DNA of 64,000 nucleotides from an uncultured Pseudomonadota bacterium. Lineage in GTDB: Bacteria > Pseudomonadota > Gammaproteobacteria > Burkholderiales > SG8-39. Below the pieces are notes generated by a model. That model was not told the DNA's origin. It made no database searches and saw only the letters and a list, made by a program, of their open reading frames with translations. Positions within the stretch are counted from its first letter, which is position 1; every line of letters begins with the position of its first letter. The stretch covers positions 2,848,459 through 2,912,458 of the forward strand of contig CAWICY010000004.1 of the NCBI GenBank assembly GCA_963834845.1. The letters run 5' to 3'. A program made the position numbers and the translations under genes. Below are positions 31,888 through 41,923 of the stretch, in pieces.

Positions 31888-34800
31888 TCAGCACAGAAAG
31901 GGGAGCACGAGAAAGGTATCGGCACTCCAGCCCGTAGCTTGCTGCACTTCGCGGCTGCGCGCCAGCCAGCGCTCGGCCTCGGCTTCGTCGCCCTGCTCGA
32001 TGGCGATGGTCGCGAGGCCCTCGTAGCAGGGAAACAGCAGCTGTGGCTCGCCCACCTCCTCGGCGACGGCAAGCGCGTTGCGGTAGTAGTGCGCGCTGCG
32101 CGCCTCGTCGCCGCGGCACTGGTAGATCTGGGCCAGAATGATGAGCGGAATCGGCAGGTGGCTGCGCTGGCCGAGCCGCTCGTCGACCGCGACCGCGGCC
32201 TCGGCGGCCTTGACGCCTTCGTCGTAGTCGCCCACCAGCGTGCAGTGGCCGCTCGCGAGCGTGCAATACAGCCACGACTGCTGAAGGCGGTCGCCGATCT
32301 TCTGCGCCAGCGCCAGGCCTTCGCGGCAGTACTGGGCCGAGCGCTCGTGGTCGAGCGAGGCATGCATCACCGCGAGGTTGGTGTAGGCGCGCGCGGCGAC
32401 TGCGCCGTGCTGCTGCGCGAGCGCGGTCTCGAGGCACTGCTTGACGTAGGCGGCGCCGCGCTCGATGTCGCCGGCGCGCGCCATCGCCACGCCCAGGGTG
32501 TTGTACGCCTCGGACACGACGTCGTGCGCACGGAGCGCGAGGCCGAGCTCGAGCGCGCGCCTGGCCCAGCGGATCGCGGCGTCGTGCTCGCCCAGGCGAA
32601 AGTGAATGCGGCCGAACTCCTGGTAGAGGCGCGCGGCGGGAAGCTGCCTGAGGTCGTCCCCGAGCACCGCCAGGCCCATTGCCAGGTGCTCGAGCGCCAC
32701 GTCCTTCTCGCCCGCCGCCCAGGCCGCGCTCCCCATCTTGCGGTACAGGTCCGCGGCGCGCGCGCGGTCGGTGCCGGCCAGGGCCAGCGCCTCCTTCCAG
32801 TAGGCGCGCGCCTCCTGCAGCGCGCCGTGCGCCATGGCCGCGTCGCCGAGCTTTTCCAGCACCGTGGAGCGCTGCGTGCCGCCGTCTGCGTCCTGCTCGA
32901 GCCGCTCGAGCGCGCGCCGGTAGTAGCCCTGTGCCTGCTCGTAGGCGAACAGGCTCTGCGCGCGCTCGCCGGCACGCACCAGGTAATGCAGCGCCTTGGC
33001 GCGGTTCTCGCTCCTGCCGAAGTGCTCGGCGAGGGCCGGCAGCACCTCCTCGAGCCGGCCGGCGTAAAGGCGCTCAAGCGCCTCGCCGGCGCGCGCGTGC
33101 AGGTCGGCGCGCGCGCGCAGCAGCAGCTCCTGGTAGGCCGCTTCCTGGATCAGCTGGTGCGTGAAGCGGTACTTGAGCTCGGGGTAGAGGTCGGTCTCCT
33201 GCAGCAGCTCGTGGCGCGCCAGCTCGCGCAGGTCGGCGCGCAGGTCGGTGCCGGCCGGCGCCACCGCCTCGAGCAGGGCGAGCGGGAACTGCCGGCCGAG
33301 CACGGCGGCGGTCTGCAGGGTGCGCTTGAGTCCTTCGGGCAGGCGGTCGAGGCGGGCGGTGAGCAGGTCCTGCACCGTGCCGGGCAGGTTGCGCGCTTCG
33401 GTGCCGTGCTCGCGCACGTAGCGTGCCAGCTCCTCGATGAAGAACGGGTTGCCCTCGGCGCGCTGCGCGACCAGGCCGCGCACCGAATCGGGCGCGCCGC
33501 CTTCGCCGAGCAGCGCGACGACCATCTGCCCGGTTTCCTCGTCGGAGAGCGGATCGAGGGTCAGGCGCTGGTGAAAGGAGCGATCGCGCCACGGCGGCGC
33601 GTAACCCGAGCGATGCGTGCACACGAGCAGCACGTGATGGCTGCCGAACGCGTCGACGAGCGCCGCCATCACCTCCTCGGACTGGCGGTCGATCCACTGC
33701 AGGTCCTCCAGCACCAGCACCAAGGGACGCTGCTGGGCGCTGCGCAGCACGAGCGCCTTCACCGCCTCGACCAGGCGCCACTTGCGCTGCGTCTGGTCGA
33801 GGCCCTCCGCCTCGAGCTCGGGCGCCGGCAGCGCGAGCAGGTGCCGGATGTAGGGCACGATCCACTCCAGGGCGGGATCCATGCCGCGGATCCCGGCGGC
33901 CAGCTTGTCGCTCTTTGCGGCTTCGGTCTCGCCTTCCTCGATGCGGAAGCTCGCGCCGAGGAACTGCACGATCGAATGGAAGGGCAGCGCCGCGCCGTGC
34001 GGCGCGCAGTGCGCCTCGAGGTACATGTGGGCCTGGCTGCGCAGCTCGCGCTGCAGCTCGTAGGCGAGGCGCGACTTGCCCGTACCTGCCTCGCCGACTA
34101 CGGACACTACCTGGCCGCGGCCGGTCTGCGCGCGCGCGAAGCACTCGCGCAGGAACTGGCGCTCAGTGGCGCGGCCGACGAGCGGAGTCAAGCCGCGCTC
34201 GAGCGCCACGTCGAAGCGCGCGCGCCGGCGCCGCTGGTCGGTGACGGCGTAGGCGCCCACCGGCCCTTCGATGCCCTTCAGCTCTAGCGCGCCGCGTTCT
34301 TCGAGCAGGAAATAGTCGCGCGCCAGCCGCTCCGTGGTCTCGCTGATGAGTATCCCGCCGGGCGCCGCGGCGGCCTGCAGGCGCGCCGCGAGGTTCACGG
34401 TCTGCCCCTGCGCGGTGTAGTCCATGCGCAGATCGTCGCCGATGCGGCCGACCACCACCGGGCCGGTGTTGATACCGATGCGCAGCTGGAGCGCGAAGCC
34501 GCGCTCGCGCTCGAGCTTGCCCGAGTACTCGCGCGAGGCCTTCTGGATGGCGAGCGCCGCGGCGACGGCGCGCACCGCGTGGTCCTCGTGGGCGATCGGC
34601 GCGCCGAACAGCGCCATGATGCCGTCGCCCGTGTACTGGTTGACCGTGCCCTCGTAGCGGTGCACGGACTCGGCGAGATGCGTGAAGCAGCCGTCCATGA
34701 CGCCGTGCAGCTCCTCCGGATCGAGCCGCGATGACAGCGCGGTGAAGCCGGCGCAGTCGGCGAACAGCACCGTGACCTGCTTGCGCTCGCCTTCGTTCGC

Positions 34801-35007
34801 GCTCCGCGAGATGAGGATCTTCTCGGCCAGGTGCTTGGGCGTGTACGGCGCGGTGGCGCCGAGCGGGGCGCCGCACTCGCCGCAGAACTTGTGCCCAGGA
34901 GGGTTGGATGCGCCGCAGGCCGCGCACAGCGCCGCGAGCGCAGCGCCGCACTCGCCGCAGAACTTCTGGCCTGCGGGATTCTCGTGCCGGCAACGTGGAC
35001 ATTGCAT
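31888..35007 (-). CDS. double zinc-ribbon / class III nucleotidyl cyclase / P-loop NTPase / TPR protein
   Basis: N-terminus CPRC...CGEC...CAAC...CGEC. Cyclase motifs VLFADCAGFT and YTGDGIMALFGAP. Walker A GEAGTGKS. Long TPR-like C-terminus. Confidence 0.85.
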   Translation of the reverse strand: MQCPRCRHENPAGQKFCGECGAALAALCAACGASNPPGHKFCGECGAPLGATAPYTPKHLAEKILISRSANEGERKQVTVLFADCAGFTALSSRLDPEELHGVMDGCFTHLAESVHRYEGTVNQYTGDGIMALFGAPIAHEDHAVRAVAAALAIQKASREYSGKLERERGFALQLRIGINTGPVVVGRIGDDLRMDYTAQGQTVNLAARLQAAAAPGGILISETTERLARDYFLLEERGALELKGIEGPVGAYAVTDQRRRRARFDVALERGLTPLVGRATERQFLRECFARAQTGRGQVVSVVGEAGTGKSRLAYELQRELRSQAHMYLEAHCAPHGAALPFHSIVQFLGASFRIEEGETEAAKSDKLAAGIRGMDPALEWIVPYIRHLLALPAPELEAEGLDQTQRKWRLVEAVKALVLRSAQQRPLVLVLEDLQWIDRQSEEVMAALVDAFGSHHVLLVCTHRSGYAPPWRDRSFHQRLTLDPLSDEETGQMVVALLGEGGAPDSVRGLVAQRAEGNPFFIEELARYVREHGTEARNLPGTVQDLLTARLDRLPEGLKRTLQTAAVLGRQFPLALLEAVAPAGTDLRADLRELARHELLQETDLYPELKYRFTHQLIQEAAYQELLLRARADLHARAGEALERLYAGRLEEVLPALAEHFGRSENRAKALHYLVRAGERAQSLFAYEQAQGYYRRALERLEQDADGGTQRSTVLEKLGDAAMAHGALQEARAYWKEALALAGTDRARAADLYRKMGSAAWAAGEKDVALEHLAMGLAVLGDDLRQLPAARLYQEFGRIHFRLGEHDAAIRWARRALELGLALRAHDVVSEAYNTLGVAMARAGDIERGAAYVKQCLETALAQQHGAVAARAYTNLAVMHASLDHERSAQYCREGLALAQKIGDRLQQSWLYCTLASGHCTLVGDYDEGVKAAEAAVAVDERLGQRSHLPIPLIILAQIYQCRGDEARSAHYYRNALAVAEEVGEPQLLFPCYEGLATIAIEQGDEAEAERWLARSREVQQATGWSADTFLVLPFLC

Positions 35008-35074
35008 GATGGGATAATGCTATCTCAATGTGCACCGCCTCGCCTGGCAGGCGCTCTATATCAAGGAGGATGCC

Positions 35075-35227
35075 ATGACGCCCGAGGAGTTCCGCGACCT
35101 GATTGCGCCGATCGCCGCGGGCTGGCTGGTGTATAGCCCCGACACGGCGCACAGCCCGACGGTCAGCGAAGGCCGCGCGCTGGTTCTGTACTTGCTGCCG
35201 CAAGGTGCAATCGAGTTCGTAGAATGA
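35075..35227 (+). CDS. small hypothetical protein (50 aa)
   Basis: AAGGAGGA lies 5 nt upstream of the ATG. Third-position G+C is high, like neighbouring genes. Confidence 0.4.
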   Translation: MTPEEFRDLIAPIAAGWLVYSPDTAHSPTVSEGRALVLYLLPQGAIEFVE

Positions 35228-35234
35228 GCGGCAA

Positions 35235-35852
35235 GTGAGCGCCCGAAACCACTGGGAGAAGGTCTACCGGACGAAAGCGCCGGATGCGGTGAGCTGGTAC
35301 CGGCCGCACCTGGAGCGCTCGACCGAGCTGATCGGGCGCGTTGCGCCCGGCCGCGATGCCGCGATCATCGACATCGGCGGCGGCGAATCGACGCTGGTCG
35401 ACGACCTGCTGGCGCAAGGCTACCGCCGGCTCACCGTGCTCGACCTCTCGCCGACCGCGATCGAAGTGGCGCGCAGCCGGCTTGGCGCCCGCGCGCGCGA
35501 GGTCGACTGGATCGTGGCCGACGTCATCGAAGCCACGCTGCCCGCGCACAGCTTCGATGTCTGGCACGACCGCGCGGTGTTTCATTTCCTCACCGACACC
35601 GGCGAGCGCGCGGCCTACGTGCGGCAGGTCGCGCGCGCGGTAAAGCCCGGCGGCCACGTGATCGTCGCCACCTTCGGGCCGCAGGGCCCGACCAAGTGCA
35701 GTGGCCTGGACGTGGTGCGCTACGACGCGCAGGCGCTGCACGGCGAATTCGGCGCGCATTTCCGCCTGCTCGAGAGCACTACCGAGCAGCACCGCACGCC
35801 GGCAGGCGCCGAGCAGCAGTTTCTCTACTGCCTGTGCCGGGTCGAACCCTAG
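35235..35852 (+). CDS. class I SAM-dependent methyltransferase
   Basis: Motif I IIDIGGGES. 205 aa. Confidence 0.75.
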   Translation: MSARNHWEKVYRTKAPDAVSWYRPHLERSTELIGRVAPGRDAAIIDIGGGESTLVDDLLAQGYRRLTVLDLSPTAIEVARSRLGARAREVDWIVADVIEATLPAHSFDVWHDRAVFHFLTDTGERAAYVRQVARAVKPGGHVIVATFGPQGPTKCSGLDVVRYDAQALHGEFGAHFRLLESTTEQHRTPAGAEQQFLYCLCRVEP

Positions 35853-35875
35853 GTTGCGCCCGAAGCGGAAATACG

Positions 35876-36643
35876 ATGCACGACACGATCGGAGCGGTGC
35901 ATAACTGGATCGACGCCGCCGAGCGCGTGGTCGTCCTGACCGGCGCCGGCATCTCCACCGATTCCGGGATTCCCGACTTTCGCGGGCCGAATGGCGTGTG
36001 GACCCGGAATCCCGCGGCCGAAAAGCTCTCGACGCTGCAGAACTACCTGGCGGACCGCGAGGTGCGCACGGCGTCCTGGCGCGGGCGCCTCGAATCGCCC
36101 GCCTGGCAGGCGCGGCCGAACGCCGGCCACGCGGCGCTGGTGGAGCTCGAGCGGCGCGGCAAGCTGCATGCTCTGGTGACGCAGAACATCGACGGCCTGC
36201 ACCAGAAGGCGGGCAACTCCCCCGAGCGCGTGATCGAGGTGCACGGCACGATCCATTTCGTCACCTGCTGGGCCTGCGGCTGGCAGGGGCCGATGCAGCC
36301 GGTGCTCGAGCGCGTGCGCGCCGGCGAGGAGGACCCGCCCTGCGCGCTGTGCGGCGGCATCCTGAAGAGCGCCACCATCTCCTTCGGGCAGCAGCTGGTG
36401 CCCGAGGTGATCGCGCGCGCCATGCGGGCGGCGGAGGAGGCCGACCTGCTGCTCGCGGTGGGCTCGAGCCTGCAGGTCTACCCGATCGCCGGCGCGGTGC
36501 CGGTGGCCAAGTCGGCGGGCGCGAAAGTCGTCATCGTCAACGCCGAGCCGACGCCGTTCGACGACCTCGCGGACGCCGCGCTGCAGGGAAACATCGGCGA
36601 AATTCTGCCGCGCCTTTGCGCGCTTCAGGAAACGAGGCGGTAG
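35876..36643 (+). CDS. cobB: NAD-dependent protein deacylase (Sir2 family)
   Basis: GAGISTDSGIPDFRG, QNIDGLH, zinc cysteines CWAC...CALCGG. ATG at 35876 inside track ORF 35696..36643. Confidence 0.85.
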   Translation: MHDTIGAVHNWIDAAERVVVLTGAGISTDSGIPDFRGPNGVWTRNPAAEKLSTLQNYLADREVRTASWRGRLESPAWQARPNAGHAALVELERRGKLHALVTQNIDGLHQKAGNSPERVIEVHGTIHFVTCWACGWQGPMQPVLERVRAGEEDPPCALCGGILKSATISFGQQLVPEVIARAMRAAEEADLLLAVGSSLQVYPIAGAVPVAKSAGAKVVIVNAEPTPFDDLADAALQGNIGEILPRLCALQETRR

Positions 36644-37527
36644 CGGCCCGCCTCCTCGCGCACGCGGCCGGCCGCGGCGAGCGAGGCCAGGTGCTGCGCG
36701 ACGGTGCGCCGCTCCGCGTCCTCGATGTAGACGTCCTCGTAGCCGCGCGGGTAGAGGAAGCGGTGCGCGGCGAGCTCATCGAGCGTGCAGGGGCCTGCGC
36801 GCCCGAGGTGCCCGGCGATCGCCTGCTCGCGCGTCTCGAGCTTCGCGGCGAACGCCTCGAGCAGCGCGAAGAACGCGGCGCGCTCGGCGATCACGCCCTT
36901 GTGGTGCGAGGTGACCCAGACGCGCGCTGGCACCTGCGCCACCGCGCGCAGCGTGCGGCGGAACGCTTCCAGGCTCGAGGTCGCGTCGCCGTAGTAGGGC
37001 CCGAACGAGGACAGGTCGATGTCGCCGATGAAGGCGACGCCTTCGGGCTCGACCAGCAGCACGCTGTGGCCCGAGGTGTGGCCCGGCATGTGCAGCGCGC
37101 GCACGCGTACGCCGCCCAGCTCCCAGGTCGCGCCGTCGGCGTAGCCTTGCGCGTCGGGCCGCGCCGCGTAGTGGAACTGGCGCTCGATTTTCGCCTTCAT
37201 CTGCGGCAGCACGCGGGGGGCATAGCCGTAGTGGCGCGCGAGGCCCTCCCAGCTGCGCAGCGCCTCGAGGTCGCCCTGCGGGGCGAGCACGCGCGCCTGC
37301 GGCAGGCGGTGCAGCCCGGCGATGTGATCCTCGTGCACGTGGCCGAGGATCACCAGCTCCGCGTCGGTGAGCTCCGCCCCGAGGCGGTTCGCGACGAGCG
37401 GCGTGTCGAATGCGACCAGCGTGTCGCGCCCGCGCACCACTACCTGATTGCCGTCGGGGTACTTGCCGGACTTGTCGCCGAAGTAGACCGTGACGGCGCC
37501 GTCACTGAAGGAGGGAACGGTGCTCAC
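36625..37527 (-). CDS. MBL-fold metallo-hydrolase
   Basis: HVHEDHIAG (HxHxDH) motif. Confidence 0.75.
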   Translation of the reverse strand: MSTVPSFSDGAVTVYFGDKSGKYPDGNQVVVRGRDTLVAFDTPLVANRLGAELTDAELVILGHVHEDHIAGLHRLPQARVLAPQGDLEALRSWEGLARHYGYAPRVLPQMKAKIERQFHYAARPDAQGYADGATWELGGVRVRALHMPGHTSGHSVLLVEPEGVAFIGDIDLSSFGPYYGDATSSLEAFRRTLRAVAQVPARVWVTSHHKGVIAERAAFFALLEAFAAKLETREQAIAGHLGRAGPCTLDELAAHRFLYPRGYEDVYIEDAERRTVAQHLASLAAAGRVREEAGRYRLVS

Positions 37528-37581
37528 CGATATTGTCTACACTAATGTCATGCGAAGGTTCAAGCACTTTCACGCAGCGCC

Positions 37582-38718
37582 ATGGCGATGAGGATCGCCG
37601 TCCTCGGCGCCGGGCCGGCGGGGCTGCTGTTCGCGCTGCTCGCCAAGCGCCGCTTTCCGGCCTGGCGCGTGGAGGTGTTCGAGCAGAATCCGCCCGGTGC
37701 CACGTACGGCTTCGGCGTGGTGTTCTCGCAGGGCGCGCTCGCCTTTCTCGAGCGTGACGCGCCGCAGCTGCACCGGCAGCTCGCCGCGCGCACGGAGAGC
37801 TGGCCGATGCAGCGCATCGTGCATCGCAACGAGCGCATCGACATCGACGGCAATGGCTTCTCGGCGATCGCGCGGCTCAGGCTCAACCAGCTGCTGCACG
37901 AGCAGTGCGCCGAGGCTGCCGTGAGCGTCACCCGGGGGCGCGCCATCGCCGCGCTCGAGGAGCTGGGCCAGGCGGACCTGCTGGTCGGCGCCGACGGCGT
38001 CAACTCGCTGGTGCGGCGCGTGCTCGAGCGCCGGTTCGCGCCACACGTGCGCTGGCTGACCAACAAGTTCGCCTGGTATGGCACCGCGCAGCACTTCGAC
38101 TGCCTGACGCTCACCTTTCGCGAGAACGCCGACGGCGCCTTCGTCGCGCACCATTACCGCTACAGCCCGCAGATGAGCACCTTCATCGTCGAGTGCGACG
38201 TGGGCACCTGGCGGCGCGCCGGGCTGGATCGCATGTCCGACGCCGAGTCGCGCACCTACTGCGAGCGCGTGTTCGCCGACGACCTGGGCGGCCATGTGCT
38301 GGTGTCGAACAAGTCCGTGTGGCGCCAGTTTCCGCTGCTCAGCAACCGGCACTGGACCGCGGACAACGCCGTGCTGATCGGCGACGCGCTGCGCACGGTG
38401 CATTTCTCGATCGGCTCCGGCACGCGCCTCGCCTTCGAGGACGCGATCGCGCTCGACCGCGCGTTCGGCGAGGCGGGCGAGGACGTACCCGCGGCGCTCG
38501 CCGCCTTCGAGCGCGAGCGCCGGCCGGTGGTCGAGAAGCTGCTGATCGCGGCCAACCTGAGCTCGTACTGGTACGAGGACTTCCCGTCGAAAATGGCGCT
38601 CGCGCCCTGGGAGCTGGCCTACGATTACATGATGCGCAGCGGGCGCATGACCGACGCGCGGCTGGCCGAGACCGCGCCCCGATTCATGGCGCGCGTCACT
38701 GCGGCGCGCAAAGCTTGA
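37582..38718 (+). CDS. FAD-dependent monooxygenase
   Basis: GAGPAGL dinucleotide fold. GDALRTVHFSIGSG late motif. Confidence 0.7.
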   Translation: MAMRIAVLGAGPAGLLFALLAKRRFPAWRVEVFEQNPPGATYGFGVVFSQGALAFLERDAPQLHRQLAARTESWPMQRIVHRNERIDIDGNGFSAIARLRLNQLLHEQCAEAAVSVTRGRAIAALEELGQADLLVGADGVNSLVRRVLERRFAPHVRWLTNKFAWYGTAQHFDCLTLTFRENADGAFVAHHYRYSPQMSTFIVECDVGTWRRAGLDRMSDAESRTYCERVFADDLGGHVLVSNKSVWRQFPLLSNRHWTADNAVLIGDALRTVHFSIGSGTRLAFEDAIALDRAFGEAGEDVPAALAAFERERRPVVEKLLIAANLSSYWYEDFPSKMALAPWELAYDYMMRSGRMTDARLAETAPRFMARVTAARKA

Positions 38719-38799
38719 TGTGCATCAAATTGCCAAGGGCTGGCGTGGTTTCAAATCTCCGATACACTAGCCTGCGCAAGTCCAATCGAGGAGGGGGAA

Positions 38800-40014
38800 A
38801 TGACTGATTCCAAATCCAAAACGAAACAGACGCAATCGCGCCGCAGATTCCTCAGGACCGCGACGGGCGCGGCGACGCTCGCTGCCGCCACGCTGCACGC
38901 GCCGTTCGTGATCGCGCAGCGCGCCAGGGTCAAGGTCGGCTTCCTGCTGCCCTACACCGGGACCTACACGCAGCTCGGCATCGCCATCACCAATGCGTTC
39001 AAGCTCTACGTGAGCGAGAACGGCGGCAAGCTCGGCGGGCGCGAGATCGAGTTCGTCCAGGTCGACAGCGAGGCGAATCCCGCCAAGGCCGCGGACAACA
39101 CCAACCGCCTGGTCAACCTGGAGAAAGTCGACGTCGTGGTCGGCCCGGTGCACTCGGGCGTCGCCGCCTCGATGGTGCGCGTGACGCGCGAGTCGGGCAC
39201 GCTGACCATCGTCGCCAATGCCGGCGCGGGCGCGGTCACCGGGGCGCTGTGCGCGCCGAACATCTTCCGCTCGTCGTTCACCAATTGGCAGCCTTCCTAC
39301 CCGATGGGCAAGGTGCTCACCGATCGCGGCATCAAGAAGGCCGTGACGCTGGCGTGGAAATACGGCGCCGGGGAGGAGGCGATCGGCGGCTTCACGGAGA
39401 ACTTCACGCAGCACGGCGGCAGCATCGTCAAGGACCTGTGGATCCCGTTCCCGAAAGTCGAGTTCCAGTCGCTGCTCACCGAGATCGCCTCGCTCAAGCC
39501 GGAGGCAGTGTTCGTGTTCTTCGCCGGCGGCGGCGCGGTGAAGCTGGTCAAGGACTACGCCGCGGCCGGGCTGCGCAGGTCGATCCCGCTGTTCGGCTCG
39601 GGGTTCCTCACCGATGGCGTGCTGCAGGCGCAGGGCGCCGATGCCGAAGGCCTGGAGACCACGCTGCACTACGGCGACAGCCTGATCCTGCCGAAGAACC
39701 TCGCTTTCCGCGAGTCGTACAACAAGGCCTTCAACCGCGACCCCGACGTGTACGCGGTGCAGGGCTACGACGCGGCGCAGATGCTGGGCGTCGGCCTGGA
39801 TGCGGCGCGCGGCGACATGAAAGCCATGAAGCCGCTGATCGCGGCGATCGAAAAAGCCGTGATCGACAGCCCGCGCGGCAAGTTCACGCTGTCCAAGGCG
39901 CATAATCCGGTGCAGGACATCTACCTGCGCAAGGCGATCGGCGGCGAAAACAAGGTGACGGGCGTGGCGCACAAGGCGCTCGCCGATCCCGCCAAGGGCT
40001 GCAAGATGGCCTGA
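38800..40014 (+). CDS. ABC transporter substrate-binding protein (LivK-like), Tat signal
   Basis: SRRRFLRTATGAATLAA twin-arginine leader. Type I periplasmic-binding-fold sequence. Confidence 0.8.
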   Translation: MTDSKSKTKQTQSRRRFLRTATGAATLAAATLHAPFVIAQRARVKVGFLLPYTGTYTQLGIAITNAFKLYVSENGGKLGGREIEFVQVDSEANPAKAADNTNRLVNLEKVDVVVGPVHSGVAASMVRVTRESGTLTIVANAGAGAVTGALCAPNIFRSSFTNWQPSYPMGKVLTDRGIKKAVTLAWKYGAGEEAIGGFTENFTQHGGSIVKDLWIPFPKVEFQSLLTEIASLKPEAVFVFFAGGGAVKLVKDYAAAGLRRSIPLFGSGFLTDGVLQAQGADAEGLETTLHYGDSLILPKNLAFRESYNKAFNRDPDVYAVQGYDAAQMLGVGLDAARGDMKAMKPLIAAIEKAVIDSPRGKFTLSKAHNPVQDIYLRKAIGGENKVTGVAHKALADPAKGCKMA

Positions 40015-40097
40015 GCGGGATGCCCGGCCCCTGCAGCGGGGGCGCTGATGGCAGGGGAGCCGGCAGCCGCGAGGCGCCGGCTCTTCGTTTGCGGGAT

Positions 40098-40964
40098 ATG
40101 GATTTCGCGACCTTCCTGATACAGGTGCTGAACGGCGTGCAGTACGGGCTGCTGCTGTTCCTCATCGCCAGCGGGCTGACGCTGATCTTCGGCATCATGG
40201 GCGTGATCAACCTCGCCCACGGCAGCTTCTACATGGTTGGCGCCTACCTGGCGTTCTGGCTCACCGGCGCGCTGGGCAACTTCTGGCTCGCGCTGCCCGC
40301 CGGCCTGGCGCTCGCCGTGCTGCTCGGCATCGCGCTCGAATGGCTGCTGATCCGGCACCTCTACCGGCGCGACCACCTCTACCAGGTGCTTCTGACCTAC
40401 GGCCTGATCCTGGTGTTCGAGGAGTTGCGCTCGATCGCCTTCGGCGACGACGTGCACGGCGTCACGGTGCCGGATCCGTTCAATTTCTCCATACGGCTCA
40501 CCGACACGCTGAGCTACCCGGTGTACCGGCTGGCGATGTCCGCGATCTGCCTTGCGCTCGCCGCCGGCATGTACCTGCTCATCGCGCGCACGCGCCTGGG
40601 AATGATGATCCGCGCGGGCAGCGTCAACCGCGACATGGTGCAGGCGCTCGGCATCAACGTCGGATTGCTGTACCGGCTGGTGTTCGCGCTGGGCGTGGCG
40701 CTGGCGGCCTTCGCCGGCATGCTCGCGGCGCCGGCGGCCTCGGTGTTTCCGGGCATGGGCAACCAGGTGCTGATCATCTCCTTCGTGGTGATCGTGATCG
40801 GCGGCCTCGGCTCGATCAAGGGGGCACTGGTGGCCGCGCTGCTCATCGGCCTGGCAGACGTGTTCGGCCAGATCGTGTTCCCGCAGATCTCGGGCATGAC
40901 CGTGTATCTCCTGATGGCGGCGGTGCTGCTGTGGCGACCGCGCGGCCTGTTCGGAAGCGCCTGA
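40098..40964 (+). CDS. branched-chain amino acid ABC permease (LivH-like)
   Basis: MDFATFLIQVLNGVQYG... ATG at 40098 inside track ORF 40020..40964. Confidence 0.85.
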   Translation: MDFATFLIQVLNGVQYGLLLFLIASGLTLIFGIMGVINLAHGSFYMVGAYLAFWLTGALGNFWLALPAGLALAVLLGIALEWLLIRHLYRRDHLYQVLLTYGLILVFEELRSIAFGDDVHGVTVPDPFNFSIRLTDTLSYPVYRLAMSAICLALAAGMYLLIARTRLGMMIRAGSVNRDMVQALGINVGLLYRLVFALGVALAAFAGMLAAPAASVFPGMGNQVLIISFVVIVIGGLGSIKGALVAALLIGLADVFGQIVFPQISGMTVYLLMAAVLLWRPRGLFGSA

Positions 40965-41923
40965 TGGAGCCGTCCAGGGTGCTGCGCGCGCTGCTGGCGG
41001 CCATGCTGCTCGCGCTGCTCGTGTTTCCGCTGGTGGGCGAGAAGTTCTACCTGCAATACGCGACCAAGATCATGATCATGGCGATTTTCGCCATGAGCCT
41101 CGACCTGCTGGTCGGCTATACGGGCCTGGTGAGCCTGGGCCACGCGCTGTTCTACGGCCTGGCGGGCTACGCGCTGGTGCTTATGGGTGCGGTGGGCGAG
41201 GTGAGCCTGTGGTGGACGCTTCCGGCGTCGATGGCCGTCGCCGCGCTCGCGGCGCTGGTGGTCGGGGCGCTGGTGCTGCGCACCTCCGGCGTCTACTTCA
41301 TCATGGTGACGCTCGCCTTCGCGCAGATGACGTTCTTCTTCGTGCGCGACTCGCTCTACTTCGGCGGCTCCGACGGCAAGTACCTGAACGCTAAGCCGCA
41401 CATGTCGCTGCTCGGCTGGCAGCCCATCGACCTCGACAACTACCTGCATCGCTACTACCTGACGCTGGTGCTCACGGTAGCGGTGTACTTGCTGCTGCGC
41501 CGGGTGCTCGGCTCGCTGTTCGGGCGCGTGCTGGTCGGCATCCGCGACAACGAGCAGCGCATGCGCTCGCTGGGATTCGCCACCTTCCGCTACAAGCTCG
41601 CCGGCTTCGTGCTCGCCGGCGCGCTCGCCGGGCTGGCGGGCTACCTGACGGCGATGCAGGACGGCATCATGAACCCGGAGCAGCTCGGCTGGCACCGCTC
41701 GGGCGAGGCGCTGGTGATGGTGATCCTCGGCGGCATGGGCACGCTCGCCGGTCCGGCGATCGGCGCGGCCGCGCTGATGGTGCTCGAGCTGGTGTTCTCG
41801 ACCTGGACCAAGTACTGGCAGCTGCTGCTCGGCGCCTTCGTGATCGCGGTGGTGCTGTTCCTGCCCCGTGGGCTGGGCAGCCTGTTCGCGCGCCGGCGCG
41901 ACGCGGCGGGCGGCCATGGCTGA
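40964..41923 (+). CDS. branched-chain amino acid ABC permease (LivM-like)
   Basis: ATGA overlap with the previous gene. Multi-TM protein. Confidence 0.8.
   Translation: MEPSRVLRALLAAMLLALLVFPLVGEKFYLQYATKIMIMAIFAMSLDLLVGYTGLVSLGHALFYGLAGYALVLMGAVGEVSLWWTLPASMAVAALAALVVGALVLRTSGVYFIMVTLAFAQMTFFFVRDSLYFGGSDGKYLNAKPHMSLLGWQPIDLDNYLHRYYLTLVLTVAVYLLLRRVLGSLFGRVLVGIRDNEQRMRSLGFATFRYKLAGFVLAGALAGLAGYLTAMQDGIMNPEQLGWHRSGEALVMVILGGMGTLAGPAIGAAALMVLELVFSTWTKYWQLLLGAFVIAVVLFLPRGLGSLFARRRDAAGGHG

Noticed and set aside
31861-33060. The printed sequence is out of register with the ORF track by +1 across exactly 20 lines. The text reads ctgtccg|gatggcgag at 31860/31861. Four track ORFs (31107..31937+, 31269..32363-, 31861..34287+, 31888..35007-) require ctgtccgatggcgag. 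Register returns at 33060/33061, where the printed gagccggc|ggcgtaaag lacks a c that the track peptide EPAGVK needs.
   Set aside because: Both breakpoints fall exactly on 60-nt line boundaries, and the gain and loss compensate. I treat this as a formatting or extraction artefact, not a biological frameshift. Track coordinates are used, so positions in this block may be off by 1 relative to the printed text.
31888-35007. The cyclase/P-loop/TPR protein as a bacterial NLR-like (Avs/bNACHT) defence protein.
   Set aside because: The architecture matches the widespread zinc-ribbon / class III cyclase / AAA / TPR signalling proteins. There is no nuclease, protease, TIR or other effector domain, and no mobile-element context at this locus.
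35876-36643. The Sir2-domain gene as part of an anti-phage system (Thoeris, DSR or SIR2-HerA type).
   Set aside because: It is a short protein of about 255 aa with a complete CobB-type deacylase motif set and a zinc ribbon. It has no fused or adjacent effector, sensor or helicase genes, and its neighbours are ordinary metabolic enzymes.
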